Source: Acinetobacter phage ZZ1
Length of the DNA: 64,000 bases
Direction: 5' to 3' (one strand)
Sequence record: NC_018087.3
Both the position numbers and the translations under genes were made by a program. The notes under the pieces were generated by a model. The model was not told the DNA's origin. It saw only the letters and a list, made by a program, of their open reading frames with translations, and made no database searches. Below are positions 29,175 to 37,715 of the stretch, one piece after another. Numbering within the stretch: position 1 is the first letter of the stretch; each line of letters begins with the position of its first letter.

Positions 29175-29837
29175 TTAAAAAGTTTTTTCTGCATATTCTT
29201 GAATAGGAAGAACTCTCGATAGGTAATGCAATCGTACTTCATTTAAGTCTTTAGCAGTATAATGTGGGACTGGACATTCAGGTCTTGGTCCACGTTGAAT
29301 ATAATAACGCGGTACATCAGGCAACACGCGCGAAGCAGACTCGATATTAGAGCATACATCATCAATAAACATGACAATATTTTCATATTTAAAACGCACA
29401 CGTTTTAAGATTTGGTCTTTACTTTCACCAAAATTACAAACAAAAATATCTTTAAATGCACCCGGAAATAATGCATTTAAGTTAAACATACGGTTCATAA
29501 CGGTATCTTTGTCTGTACCTAATGCTGTAACTGCAACAAAATCCCAATGTTCCTTCATTGTATTAATCATCTCAAGGGCATCTTGATATGGAGACAAATA
29601 CTTAATAAAATTAGATTTATTGTAATCTTCCATAAAAATTTTGGCAATAGCCGGATCACATCCGAACAATTCTGCAGGAGACATAAATTCTTCGGTTAAA
29701 ATACATTTAAGTGCATTGTCTGTATTTAAAGCATGTTTGGTCAAATAATACGGTAGACCAGATTGCCATTTTACACATACACCGTCAATATCAATTGCAA
29801 TTACAGGTCGCTTACTTTCATTACGAATAAAATTCAT
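29175..29837 (-). CDS. HAD-superfamily 5'(3')-deoxyribonucleotidase-like protein (NT5C family).
   Basis: 220 aa. The N-terminus has the IAIDIDGVCV (DxDGV) motif characteristic of NT5C/HAD nucleotidases. Confidence 0.55.
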   Translation of the reverse strand: MNFIRNESKRPVIAIDIDGVCVKWQSGLPYYLTKHALNTDNALKCILTEEFMSPAELFGCDPAIAKIFMEDYNKSNFIKYLSPYQDALEMINTMKEHWDFVAVTALGTDKDTVMNRMFNLNALFPGAFKDIFVCNFGESKDQILKRVRFKYENIVMFIDDVCSNIESASRVLPDVPRYYIQRGPRPECPVPHYTAKDLNEVRLHYLSRVLPIQEYAEKTF

Positions 29838-29842
29838 TTCAA

Positions 29843-30334
29843 TTATCCAAATTTCTTAATTAAAAATTCTGCATACTTTTCACGGATGCGTGTTAAATTA
29901 CCCACAAATTCTTCAATTGTGAGAATTGTATCATATGGATCGGTTTTACCAATAGAATGCTTTAGTTCCTTACCTAAAGAATCATACAAAGCCTTTTGGT
30001 ATTTTTCATTCTGAGCAAAACAACACATAAACCCGCGCTTTAATAGTTCTTGATAAAAATCAGAATGCCTATTAAATGGTTGCCCTTTCCAATATAAAGT
30101 TTGACCTTTAATCGGACGAATACCTCCAGAGGTTTTAGCCTGGATTCCATGCATTGCAAAGATTTCTTTTTGTCTTTTCGGATTACTCTCGCGAAGACCT
30201 TGTAAAAATCCTTCTGTCGAACCAAAGTACATATTATCCATTATAAATGGATTTGCAGTTAAATTACTCAATTGCCCGGCTGGACCAGACAATCGAAAGT
30301 AAATGTCAATACAATCAGACATATGAAAGTCCAC
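29843..30334 (-). CDS. NADAR / YbiA-like (DUF1768) protein, a putative N-glycosidase or ADP-ribosyl-hydrolase family member.
   Basis: 163 aa. The N-terminal pattern IYFRLSGPAGQLSNLTANPF...YFGSTEGFLQGLRE resembles the E. coli YbiA core FY..G.FSNF..PI...W.TSEHYFQAQKF. Confidence 0.6.
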   Translation of the reverse strand: MDFHMSDCIDIYFRLSGPAGQLSNLTANPFIMDNMYFGSTEGFLQGLRESNPKRQKEIFAMHGIQAKTSGGIRPIKGQTLYWKGQPFNRHSDFYQELLKRGFMCCFAQNEKYQKALYDSLGKELKHSIGKTDPYDTILTIEEFVGNLTRIREKYAEFLIKKFG

Positions 30335-30382
30335 TTGTTGAAATTTGATTTATTATATAACAAGTGAAATACAATGTAAATA

Positions 30383-30416
30383 AAAAGGCCTCAATTATTT
30401 GAGGCCTTTTTATTTT
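30383..30416. terminator. Bidirectional terminator (GGCCTCA-attattt-TGAGGCC) between two A/T runs.
   Basis: Read directly. It separates the rIII-like operon from the NADAR/NT5C/ligase unit. Confidence 0.6.
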
Positions 30417-30717
30417 ATTTAAAGTATTTTAGATCGCCAGAATAAACTGACATATACTGTGCTTTGTTCGCACTTTTGTCATATTCATTTATCTGAAAAT
30501 CAGATCCTTTCTTTTGAACAAATCGAAGTGTAGTTTTAGATGCTTCCAAAATTACAATATCTTTAAATTCTTTACCGGCTTTATTGACACCATGATCACC
30601 TGGTTTACGATCAGCATTGGCATCAATCAAGTCATATTCTACTTGTTTAAGGGTTGAAGAATAGCCTTCATTTAATTGAAATTTAGATTCTTCTGCGATT
30701 TGGCTAAACGGTTTCAT
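30415..30717 (-). CDS. Hypothetical protein.
   Basis: 100-aa ORF, tightly packed with its neighbours. Confidence 0.4.
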   Translation of the reverse strand: MKPFSQIAEESKFQLNEGYSSTLKQVEYDLIDANADRKPGDHGVNKAGKEFKDIVILEASKTTLRFVQKKGSDFQINEYDKSANKAQYMSVYSGDLKYFK

Positions 30718-30718
30718 G

Positions 30719-31042
30719 TTACTTTCCTTGATTTAAAAATTTTGCGCTTGATAGTGGGATATGGATTGAATTCCAAAGGTCTCTGTACATTTCTACAGAT
30801 TCAATATGATATTCATTTTCAGCACCCTCTTTATGAGAATATTGAAATATGCGAGCATTATTTTGAAGAATAACACTACCTTCTAAAACCGTACCATCGA
30901 ACTTAAGTGCATTAGATCCAATTGCCCTATTTGCATTTGTAGCAACAAATTGATAATCTTTTGGTCCTAATTCGCGAGGCGTGTATAATTCATGAGGATA
31001 TCCGGCATCACGGGCATCCTCAAATAAGTGTTTGTATTTCAT
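30719..31042 (-). CDS. Hypothetical protein.
   Basis: 107-aa ORF. Confidence 0.4.
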   Translation of the reverse strand: MKYKHLFEDARDAGYPHELYTPRELGPKDYQFVATNANRAIGSNALKFDGTVLEGSVILQNNARIFQYSHKEGAENEYHIESVEMYRDLWNSIHIPLSSAKFLNQGK

Positions 31043-31043
31043 A

Positions 31044-31292
31044 TTATTTCAGCGTTACAATAATGTGCCGAACTGATTTATGAGCACGTGAACAAAGACG
31101 TTTAGCATATTTAATTTCATCTAATTGAACAAGTTCATCATGTAATGCTTTTTGTGCAGGATTTAAATGCTTAAAATATTGCAAAAAGTGCAGCATTGAT
31201 GAACTTACATCAATAATAGAACCGTAATTATCGTGGCCTCTTGACCAAGCTGTACGCTGAATATTTAGAATATGTTGAATTTCTTGTTCCAT
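31044..31292 (-). CDS. Hypothetical protein, possibly rIII-like. The call rests on position and size only.
   Basis: 82 aa, the same length as T4 rIII, in the slot immediately downstream of gene 31 in transcription order. Confidence 0.3.
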   Translation of the reverse strand: MEQEIQHILNIQRTAWSRGHDNYGSIIDVSSSMLHFLQYFKHLNPAQKALHDELVQLDEIKYAKRLCSRAHKSVRHIIVTLK

Positions 31293-31333
31293 TTCTTTTA
31301 CTCTATAAAGTTATTTTATAGTAGTATTTATAA

Positions 31334-31358
31334 TAGAAAAAGGGCCCGAAGGCCCCTT
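31334..31358 (-). terminator. Terminator after gene 31 (GGGCCC-gaag-GGCCCC).
   Basis: On the minus strand the hairpin is followed by a T5 run. Confidence 0.6.
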
Positions 31359-31360
31359 AA

Positions 31361-31693
31361 TTAATTATTTGATACACAAGCAATATTACGATAATGACAT
31401 GTGATGTATTTTTCATCTCGATCTTTTTCTTTAACATTACCATATGCTACATCGGGATGTGGTACATTTAATTTATCCCCTAATGGGAATGGGCAACCGT
31501 CGCCAATTTCAAATAATCCTTTTGGAACATTAGGGCCAATTTTAAACACTTCGCAAATTTTAGGTACTTCACCTTGTTCGCGAACACCAATGACCAAATC
31601 TGGAACTACATCTGAAAAAATTTCAGTACCAGCTGAACGCGCTACCGCTTTTAATACAACATATTCGCCTAATGCAACAATTTCTTTTGACAT
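31361..31693 (-). CDS. 31: Co-chaperonin gp31 (GroES analogue).
   Basis: 110 aa, against 111 aa in T4. Identity with T4 gp31 is clear (VGEYV.L, VQGEVPE.C.V..GP.VP.G..E.GD, NVPHP.VA.G, TCHY..I.C). Confidence 0.9.
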   Translation of the reverse strand: MSKEIVALGEYVVLKAVARSAGTEIFSDVVPDLVIGVREQGEVPKICEVFKIGPNVPKGLFEIGDGCPFPLGDKLNVPHPDVAYGNVKEKDRDEKYITCHYRNIACVSNN

Positions 31694-31696
31694 AAT

Positions 31697-32026
31697 TTAC
31701 CCTTCAATTTTAGATTGAGCTTGTTTTAAGATTTCATCTTTATTTAGTCCACCAAATCCAATTAAATCATCAAAAGAGAATGAACGCCATCCATCTTTAA
31801 TATCATATACCGGCAATGATGTAGTAGATTCTTTACGAATAGAACCATCTGATTTAGGTGGTGGATTCATATACTTTTCATAAAGTTCTTGATCAATTAG
31901 ACCCGGATCACGTGTTGCTGATAACACACGAATAGAACCATCTTTCTTTTTAAAAACAACTTCATGAATACCTAAAGATAGTTTTAGTTTTAGGTATTCG
32001 CGTAAAACAATATTGGAATCAGACAT
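31697..32026 (-). CDS. Hypothetical protein between cd and 31.
   Basis: 109-aa ORF. ATGA overlap with cd. Confidence 0.45.
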   Translation of the reverse strand: MSDSNIVLREYLKLKLSLGIHEVVFKKKDGSIRVLSATRDPGLIDQELYEKYMNPPPKSDGSIRKESTTSLPVYDIKDGWRSFSFDDLIGFGGLNKDEILKQAQSKIEG

Positions 32027-32574
32027 TATTCGCCTCCGAAATTAACAATATTTTCCCAATTCAAATTTTTAAGTTGGACTTTACTGATTTGGTGGACTTG
32101 GACACCGGCATCTGTGAGAATTTTTTCCCACCCTGGTTGATTTCGATCATAGCTCTCTGAGTAGACCAATTGTTTAATACCACTGTTGGCAATAGCTTTT
32201 GCGCAATCAGGACACGGGCTAAGAGTGACGTACATTGTCGCACCTTCAATCGCTGTACCATTCTTAGCTGCATATAAGATTGCATTAAGTTCTGCATGGA
32301 TTTCATTTGCCTTGCTCCAGGCACTGTGTAATTCACGACACTCACGTTTAAGAGCGGTTTGGTTGGTATGAGGAGGCACCGGATTGTATCTGTTAACGGT
32401 CCATCCTTCTTGTTCGGCATGATCACAGCAATTTACTCCTCCGGCCGGTGAGCCGTTATATCCAGTCGAAATAATACGACCATTTTTTGCAATAACGGCG
32501 CCAACTTTCCAAGATACACATTTAGATTCTTGTGACACAAGATATGCAATTTGCATTAATGATGTTGATTTCAT
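32026..32574 (-). CDS. cd: dCMP deaminase.
   Basis: 182 aa. It carries the cytidine/dCMP deaminase zinc motifs HAE (CDHAEQEG / HAELNAI) and PCxxC (SPCPDCAKAI). Confidence 0.9.
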   Translation of the reverse strand: MKSTSLMQIAYLVSQESKCVSWKVGAVIAKNGRIISTGYNGSPAGGVNCCDHAEQEGWTVNRYNPVPPHTNQTALKRECRELHSAWSKANEIHAELNAILYAAKNGTAIEGATMYVTLSPCPDCAKAIANSGIKQLVYSESYDRNQPGWEKILTDAGVQVHQISKVQLKNLNWENIVNFGGE

Positions 32575-32600
32575 ATCATTTACCTCTAAAGTATAACTTA

Positions 32601-33134
32601 TTATAGCGCAACAACTTCCGAGCGTATGATAGTTGCTTTACCTTTTTTATGATGAAGTAATTCTTTAATTGCTTCAATTTTATTAACATGTATAACTAAC
32701 CAAGTTTCTTCATACCCATAATTATTTTCACAAATAAGACGATATTGCTCGGCTAAACCAAAATGACGAAGCATACGGGCGTTGTAATCTTTAAAATGGC
32801 CTTGCATTAAATCAAGTGGATCGACCCATTTAACAAGACCTGTTTCAGATTCTGCTACTTCTTGTCGAGGCACAGTATAATCGATTACTGCTAAAAATGT
32901 TGATACTTCCCATTCACTTGAATTATCACATTCAACAAATCGATCGCTATTTACCAAATTAACGGTATAACCAGTCTCTTCTAATGTTTCTCGAATGGCA
33001 CATTCTTCTGGAGTTTCACCAGGGTCTGCTTTGCCCCCTGGTAATCCAAAATCGTTATGATCATTTTTCCGAGAAACTCCTAAAATTTTATTTGTTTTAG
33101 GATCAATAATTAATGTACAAGCTGAATATCGCAT
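32601..33134 (-). CDS. nudE: Nudix hydrolase.
   Basis: 177 aa with a Nudix box: GGKADPGETPEECAIRETLEETG. Confidence 0.85.
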   Translation of the reverse strand: MRYSACTLIIDPKTNKILGVSRKNDHNDFGLPGGKADPGETPEECAIRETLEETGYTVNLVNSDRFVECDNSSEWEVSTFLAVIDYTVPRQEVAESETGLVKWVDPLDLMQGHFKDYNARMLRHFGLAEQYRLICENNYGYEETWLVIHVNKIEAIKELLHHKKGKATIIRSEVVAL

Positions 33135-33135
33135 A

Positions 33136-33447
33136 TTACCACCAAATTGTTATCGTGTCATCGCTGAAATTTGAGCTATTTTCACAAGTACATCCAACGG
33201 CTCGCATATTTTTAATAAATTCATTTCTAAATTTAACTTGTGGACAATCTGCACCACCGGCTCTTGAACCCACTTTTGCCAAAATAGTACATTTTGTTGA
33301 TGTGCCAATTGTTAATGACGAAAACCCTAACATCGCTTTATGTTCAATTTCTTTAAAAACCAGTTGGGTTAGATAAATTAAACGTTTATGCGCATCGGCA
33401 GGCGTGGATAACCGACTTAGACTTTTTGCTTCTTGAATTAACATCAA
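33136..33447 (-). CDS. Hypothetical protein.
   Basis: 103-aa ORF. ATGA-type overlap with the pseT start. Confidence 0.35.
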   Translation of the reverse strand: MMLIQEAKSLSRLSTPADAHKRLIYLTQLVFKEIEHKAMLGFSSLTIGTSTKCTILAKVGSRAGGADCPQVKFRNEFIKNMRAVGCTCENSSNFSDDTITIWW

Positions 33448-34361
33448 AACTCTCCAAAATTACATTGTAAACATGGTACACCGATACGGCGCCACATTTC
33501 ACAAACTCTGTCGCGGTCATCAAAGGCGCATTCAACATTATAATGTGGTGCAATTTCATCCCAAAAGATTTCTTCTTTAACAATGTCATCCGCTCGAGTA
33601 TCATGCCACTTACGCATTAATAAACGATCTGCGGGAATACCATTTTTATTCAACCATGTTGCTGTTAGATTTTGATATTCAATATGATCATCTGCGTGAC
33701 CTGCATTGCGGCCTGATACGCAAATAATCAAATAACCCTTTTCTTTGTACATTTTAAGAATATTTGCAACAAAATCATTGACAGTATCATCAATTAATTT
33801 TGGATAATCAAATGCATGACGATGATCATTATTGGCTAAAGTGCCATCTAAGTCAAAGATAACCGCTTTTGGTTTAGACTCATCAGGAATATAATCAAAT
33901 TGTTTACCTGAAAATTGCTGCATTTTTAAGAACATGTCGCGCAAGACTTGCTTAGGAACCGCTTTATTTCCACGCACATTATTACGCTTTTCTAATTCAA
34001 TCCAAGGTACATAAAAAGGTTCCAATGTAAACTCATATGTATTTTTTGGAAACATTGCAGCAACATCATCAACAATAGCTTTATACGTTGATCGTGTATC
34101 AAAATTTAAGTTTGTATCTGCAATAATAATTGTCTCGGTAGACTGATTTGTCAAAGCAAATTTAAGAGACTCTTTAACTGCATTTGTAACAATATTTTCA
34201 GTTACACGTGAATACTTATATTGACCACCACCTTTTAACATAGTACGAAGATCATCACGATTTAATACAATTGTATTTTTATTTTTGGCAGCATATTCCG
34301 CAGCCCAAGTTGATTTACCCGATCCAGGTGCACCGACTGTTAAAATTACATGTTTACGCAT
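33444..34361 (-). CDS. pseT: Polynucleotide 5'-kinase/3'-phosphatase PseT.
   Basis: 305 aa. It has a P-loop kinase N-terminus (GAPGSGKSTWA, NRDD.R) and a HAD phosphatase C-terminus (KAVIFDLDGTLA, VSGR, DDR..V.EMWRRIGV.C.Q), collinear with T4 PseT. Confidence 0.95.
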   Translation of the reverse strand: MRKHVILTVGAPGSGKSTWAAEYAAKNKNTIVLNRDDLRTMLKGGGQYKYSRVTENIVTNAVKESLKFALTNQSTETIIIADTNLNFDTRSTYKAIVDDVAAMFPKNTYEFTLEPFYVPWIELEKRNNVRGNKAVPKQVLRDMFLKMQQFSGKQFDYIPDESKPKAVIFDLDGTLANNDHRHAFDYPKLIDDTVNDFVANILKMYKEKGYLIICVSGRNAGHADDHIEYQNLTATWLNKNGIPADRLLMRKWHDTRADDIVKEEIFWDEIAPHYNVECAFDDRDRVCEMWRRIGVPCLQCNFGEF

Positions 34362-34362
34362 T

Positions 34363-34554
34363 TTATTTTCTCACACAACTATATTTGGCTTTACTTACAA
34401 ATTTTTTGGTGTTTTCATCTTTAAGTTGCTCGCCTGCAACTAGACATACATTTGGATTTCTGAATCCATCGATGGTAATAGTATGAACCTCGTCTGAAAA
34501 CCAACCAAACATTGTAATAGTAACAATTAATGTATACATTTTTATTTCCCACAC
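34363..34554 (-). CDS. Hypothetical small protein with an N-terminal hydrophobic segment.
   Basis: 63-aa ORF. Confidence 0.3.
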   Translation of the reverse strand: MWEIKMYTLIVTITMFGWFSDEVHTITIDGFRNPNVCLVAGEQLKDENTKKFVSKAKYSCVRK

Positions 34555-35030
34555 AATAAATCGATTAACTCCGCTGCTTCTTCAAGGTCTAACCCATCAA
34601 ATAAAATATGACGTTTGCATGTAGTTGATTTGGCTTTATCTTTACCTGAAGCAATAAGCATTTCATCGAATGTCGCTTCTTTATGTAAAATACCCATACG
34701 AATTTTTGGAGATGTACCACAAATAATGTATACTTTGCAACCATTAATTAATACGTTAGGTTGAGTTTCATTAATAAAAACTTCACCATTTTTGATACGA
34801 TTTTCAAAGAAACGTTTCGCTTCACGAATATGATCATCTTTTGCTAAAGAAGCTGCTAATTTTTTACGTTCTGCTACATCAGCTAAAGTTTGACGTTTTA
34901 ATACAAGTTTACGTAAATCTGCAAAAGTCCCAACACGTTTACCGTTTTTAAGTACACTATACCAATCCTTTGAATCTCCGAACATTTCAACTAAAACTTC
35001 TGGAGTCAATGTATACACAGTATGTTTCAT
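34542..35030 (-). CDS. Hypothetical protein.
   Basis: 162-aa ORF. Confidence 0.4.
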   Translation of the reverse strand: MKHTVYTLTPEVLVEMFGDSKDWYSVLKNGKRVGTFADLRKLVLKRQTLADVAERKKLAASLAKDDHIREAKRFFENRIKNGEVFINETQPNVLINGCKVYIICGTSPKIRMGILHKEATFDEMLIASGKDKAKSTTCKRHILFDGLDLEEAAELIDLLCGK

Positions 35031-35101
35031 TTTATTTTCCTCATGTGTTTAAAAAGAATAAACCCATTATGCACAAGTCATAATGGGTTGTAAACATTAA
35101 T

Positions 35102-35335
35102 TTATTCATGTGTTCGAAAAATATTCAAAGTTCTTTCAAAATTACGTAGAGTAGTTGACTTTACTTGAATAACTTTAACTTTACCGGGCTTAACACTATT
35201 GCTTAAATTATAAATTTCAGTTTGTTGTACAAATATTTTAACTTCTAATTTCATTAGCTCTGTACTAAGACTTTTAACTTTATACATTAGAAAACATATA
35301 CACAAAAAACATATAATAAGCAATAGTGTTACCAT
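35102..35335 (-). CDS. Small membrane protein with an N-terminal TM helix.
   Basis: 77-aa ORF whose first roughly 20 aa read LLLIICFLCICFLMY. Confidence 0.35.
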   Translation of the reverse strand: MVTLLLIICFLCICFLMYKVKSLSTELMKLEVKIFVQQTEIYNLSNSVKPGKVKVIQVKSTTLRNFERTLNIFRTHE

Positions 35336-35337
35336 TT

Positions 35338-36489
35338 TTATTCATCCACAATATTTGTTCTGTACTCAGGTGGTACAAAGCGGCCAAAATTTTTCAGAAA
35401 TACTTTATTGATTTCTTTAACCATATCTTCAATAGAAATTTTACCGGTGTATAATAACATAGAAACACCAAAAAGTTCAAACATATTTAAATTTTTAAAG
35501 TATGTTTGGGCATCTATGGCATAATCTTTCCGCTCTACTCCTTTATGGCTATCATGGAAACGGGTTAATTCAGTAATAGCCGTGTTTAAATAAGTGAAAA
35601 ATATATTTTCAAATTTTTCAATTTTGGCTTTAGATAGTTCATCATCAAACAATGATTTAATATCATCTGAACCACCTTCAACAACTACTTGAAATAAACC
35701 CTCATTATTGTTTAATGTGTCTTTGACTCGATGTAAATTTGAATACCATGCAGTTTTAAGTTTAAATTGAAGACCTGATTTCATTACAAATACATAGCCT
35801 TCTGTATTTTGCATTGATCTAATTTCTTCAATGACTTCATCAGGATCACCCTGTGGAATTATTGCATCCACTAAAAATGGTCGCAATGCAGCATCAGCTT
35901 GAATTTCTCGATACGGTACATACTCGCCAGTTTCATTATTACGGATATTTAATAAAATTAAAGCTCGTTCTGGATAAGCAATAACAATTCGATTATTAGG
36001 TGCAACATATTCAAAATTACATGTATAACCAGCTTCAGCTAATTCTAAAACACGGGCTCTTAAATGTTTATATTGAATAGCCCACAATAAGTTTGTAGCC
36101 TCAATCGCTTGCGTAGACGTAATACTGGCCTTTGATTTTAAGTATAAATCACCTTTATCAATGTAAGATGAAACCAATGAACCATCTACTTTATCCATAC
36201 CATACTCAATTGTAGATAAATCTAAATCTGTAGTAAATGGATTTTCATTTAAGTTAAAAAATTTCTCCATTGGTCTTGACATAATACGAACTGGAGTTTC
36301 ATCATCCATTTCGAACATAATGCCTCGACATTCTAATGCATCGGGTTTTAACCAATCACTATAACTTGCATAATGGTATGTAAAGATGCGAACTTTTGTA
36401 CCTTGAATAGTTGTAAAATCTTTATAGAAAAAATTAGTAAAATTACCCGGCACAATTAAGGCCATTAAATTGTTGTATAATTCTTGCAT
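35338..36489 (-). CDS. rnlA: RNA ligase 1 (gp63, RnlA).
   Basis: 383 aa. Very strong identity with T4 Rnl1 (SYSDWL.PDALECRGIMFEMD.E.PVRI.SRPMEKFFNLNENPFT, the adenylation lysine region KVDGSLVS, NFE.VAP.NRIV.AY). Confidence 0.95.
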   Translation of the reverse strand: MQELYNNLMALIVPGNFTNFFYKDFTTIQGTKVRIFTYHYASYSDWLKPDALECRGIMFEMDDETPVRIMSRPMEKFFNLNENPFTTDLDLSTIEYGMDKVDGSLVSSYIDKGDLYLKSKASITSTQAIEATNLLWAIQYKHLRARVLELAEAGYTCNFEYVAPNNRIVIAYPERALILLNIRNNETGEYVPYREIQADAALRPFLVDAIIPQGDPDEVIEEIRSMQNTEGYVFVMKSGLQFKLKTAWYSNLHRVKDTLNNNEGLFQVVVEGGSDDIKSLFDDELSKAKIEKFENIFFTYLNTAITELTRFHDSHKGVERKDYAIDAQTYFKNLNMFELFGVSMLLYTGKISIEDMVKEINKVFLKNFGRFVPPEYRTNIVDE

Positions 36490-36503
36490 GACAACTCCAA
36501 AAT

Positions 36504-36527
36504 AAAGGGGCGAAAAGCCCCTTTTTA
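36504..36527. terminator. GGGGC-gaaaa-GCCCC hairpin with flanking A/T runs between nrdB and rnlA.
   Basis: Read directly. Confidence 0.55.
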
Positions 36528-37661
36528 TTAACGTTTTAAGTATTTACGACGGAATTCAGCAATTATATTTGAATCCACATCATTGTCAATTTGATTAATC
36601 AAGTAAGAACTTAATTCAGCCTCTTGCTTTGCAACTTGTACCGAAGATGCCATTAAGTATTTGTTTACCCAAGGCAAAGGGTGTGATTTAGGTCGTTCAA
36701 TTGGGCAACGCAACCCAACGTTATTCATTGATGGTACTAATTGGTAATCAATAAAGTCCCAAACAAGTTCAACGGTTAAACCATCTGGACACCCATTGCG
36801 ATAAACATATTGAGCCCATGCACGTTCTTGATCACGAACATCCATAAACATAGATTCAGCTTCTTCTTTACATTCAAGTGCAATTTCGCGCCATTCTGTG
36901 CCGTCAATACCTTTGTTCATTTGTTGAATGATATAACGAGTGCCTTGGTGATGAAGGTTTTCGTCTCGTGCAATAAATTGCATGATTTTCATGTTACCTT
37001 CCATGATTTTCATGTTTTCAAAGAAGTTCCACGTCGAGATGAAAGACACATAAAAACGAATTGCTTCTAATGCATTAATTGCATGTAAACATAAGTACAA
37101 TGCTTTCTTTAATTCACGGAATTGTTCAGGAGTATCAACGCCGCGAATTTTATCAGCTTGCCACAAAATAGTTTGTTGACGTAAAGCATCATAGCGTTCA
37201 CAGATTGCGGTGGCTCGAGCCATAATTTCTTTATTTGCAACTACGCCATCAAAAATTTTAGATGGGTCAGAATATAAGTTACGAATAATATGTGTGTATG
37301 ACCGAGAGTGAATAGTTTCAGAGAACGTCCACGTGACCAACCAAGTTTCAAGTGCAATATCAGAACAAATATCACCAAGGGCTAAAATTGGAGCTCGGCC
37401 TTGTACAGAGTCCATTAGAATTTGATAACCAAGATTATTTGTAAAAACTTCTTGCATTGCTTCGTTTAATTTCTTAAACTGGCCGACATCCGTTGAAAGG
37501 TTTACTTCCTCAGGTCTCCAAAACTGCGCTAATTGATTTGTAGTTAAATCTTCAAACTTTTGATGCTTTACTTCTTCATAACGTGCCACACCAGTAGGCT
37601 CACCAAAAAACATTGGCTGTAACATATGATTGGCTAATTGATTAAAAACTGTGTTGCTCAT
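36528..37661 (-). CDS. nrdB: Ribonucleotide reductase small subunit NrdB, with no intron.
   Basis: 377 aa. It is collinear with T4 NrdB (FWRPEEV, TWTFSETIHSRSYTHI.RNLY.DPSK, NALEAIRFYVSF, EGN.KIM.FIARDE.LH) as one continuous ORF. Confidence 0.95.
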   Translation of the reverse strand: MSNTVFNQLANHMLQPMFFGEPTGVARYEEVKHQKFEDLTTNQLAQFWRPEEVNLSTDVGQFKKLNEAMQEVFTNNLGYQILMDSVQGRAPILALGDICSDIALETWLVTWTFSETIHSRSYTHIIRNLYSDPSKIFDGVVANKEIMARATAICERYDALRQQTILWQADKIRGVDTPEQFRELKKALYLCLHAINALEAIRFYVSFISTWNFFENMKIMEGNMKIMQFIARDENLHHQGTRYIIQQMNKGIDGTEWREIALECKEEAESMFMDVRDQERAWAQYVYRNGCPDGLTVELVWDFIDYQLVPSMNNVGLRCPIERPKSHPLPWVNKYLMASSVQVAKQEAELSSYLINQIDNDVDSNIIAEFRRKYLKR

Positions 37662-37677
37662 TTAAAATTCCTATGTA

Positions 37678-37698
37678 GTGAGGCCCGAAGGCCTCAAT
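37678..37698. other. TGAGGCC-cgaa-GGCCTCA hairpin between nrdA and nrdB.
   Basis: Read directly. There is no T-run on the coding (minus) side, so this is more likely an RNA stability or processing structure than a terminator. Confidence 0.4.
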
Positions 37699-37715
37699 TT
37701 AAATCTATTGTATCA

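Noticed and set aside
33386-33604. 72-aa minus-strand ORF overlapping the pseT 5' region.
   Set aside because: It is out of frame with and internal to pseT, and overlaps the 33136-33447 ORF. It is unlikely to be real.
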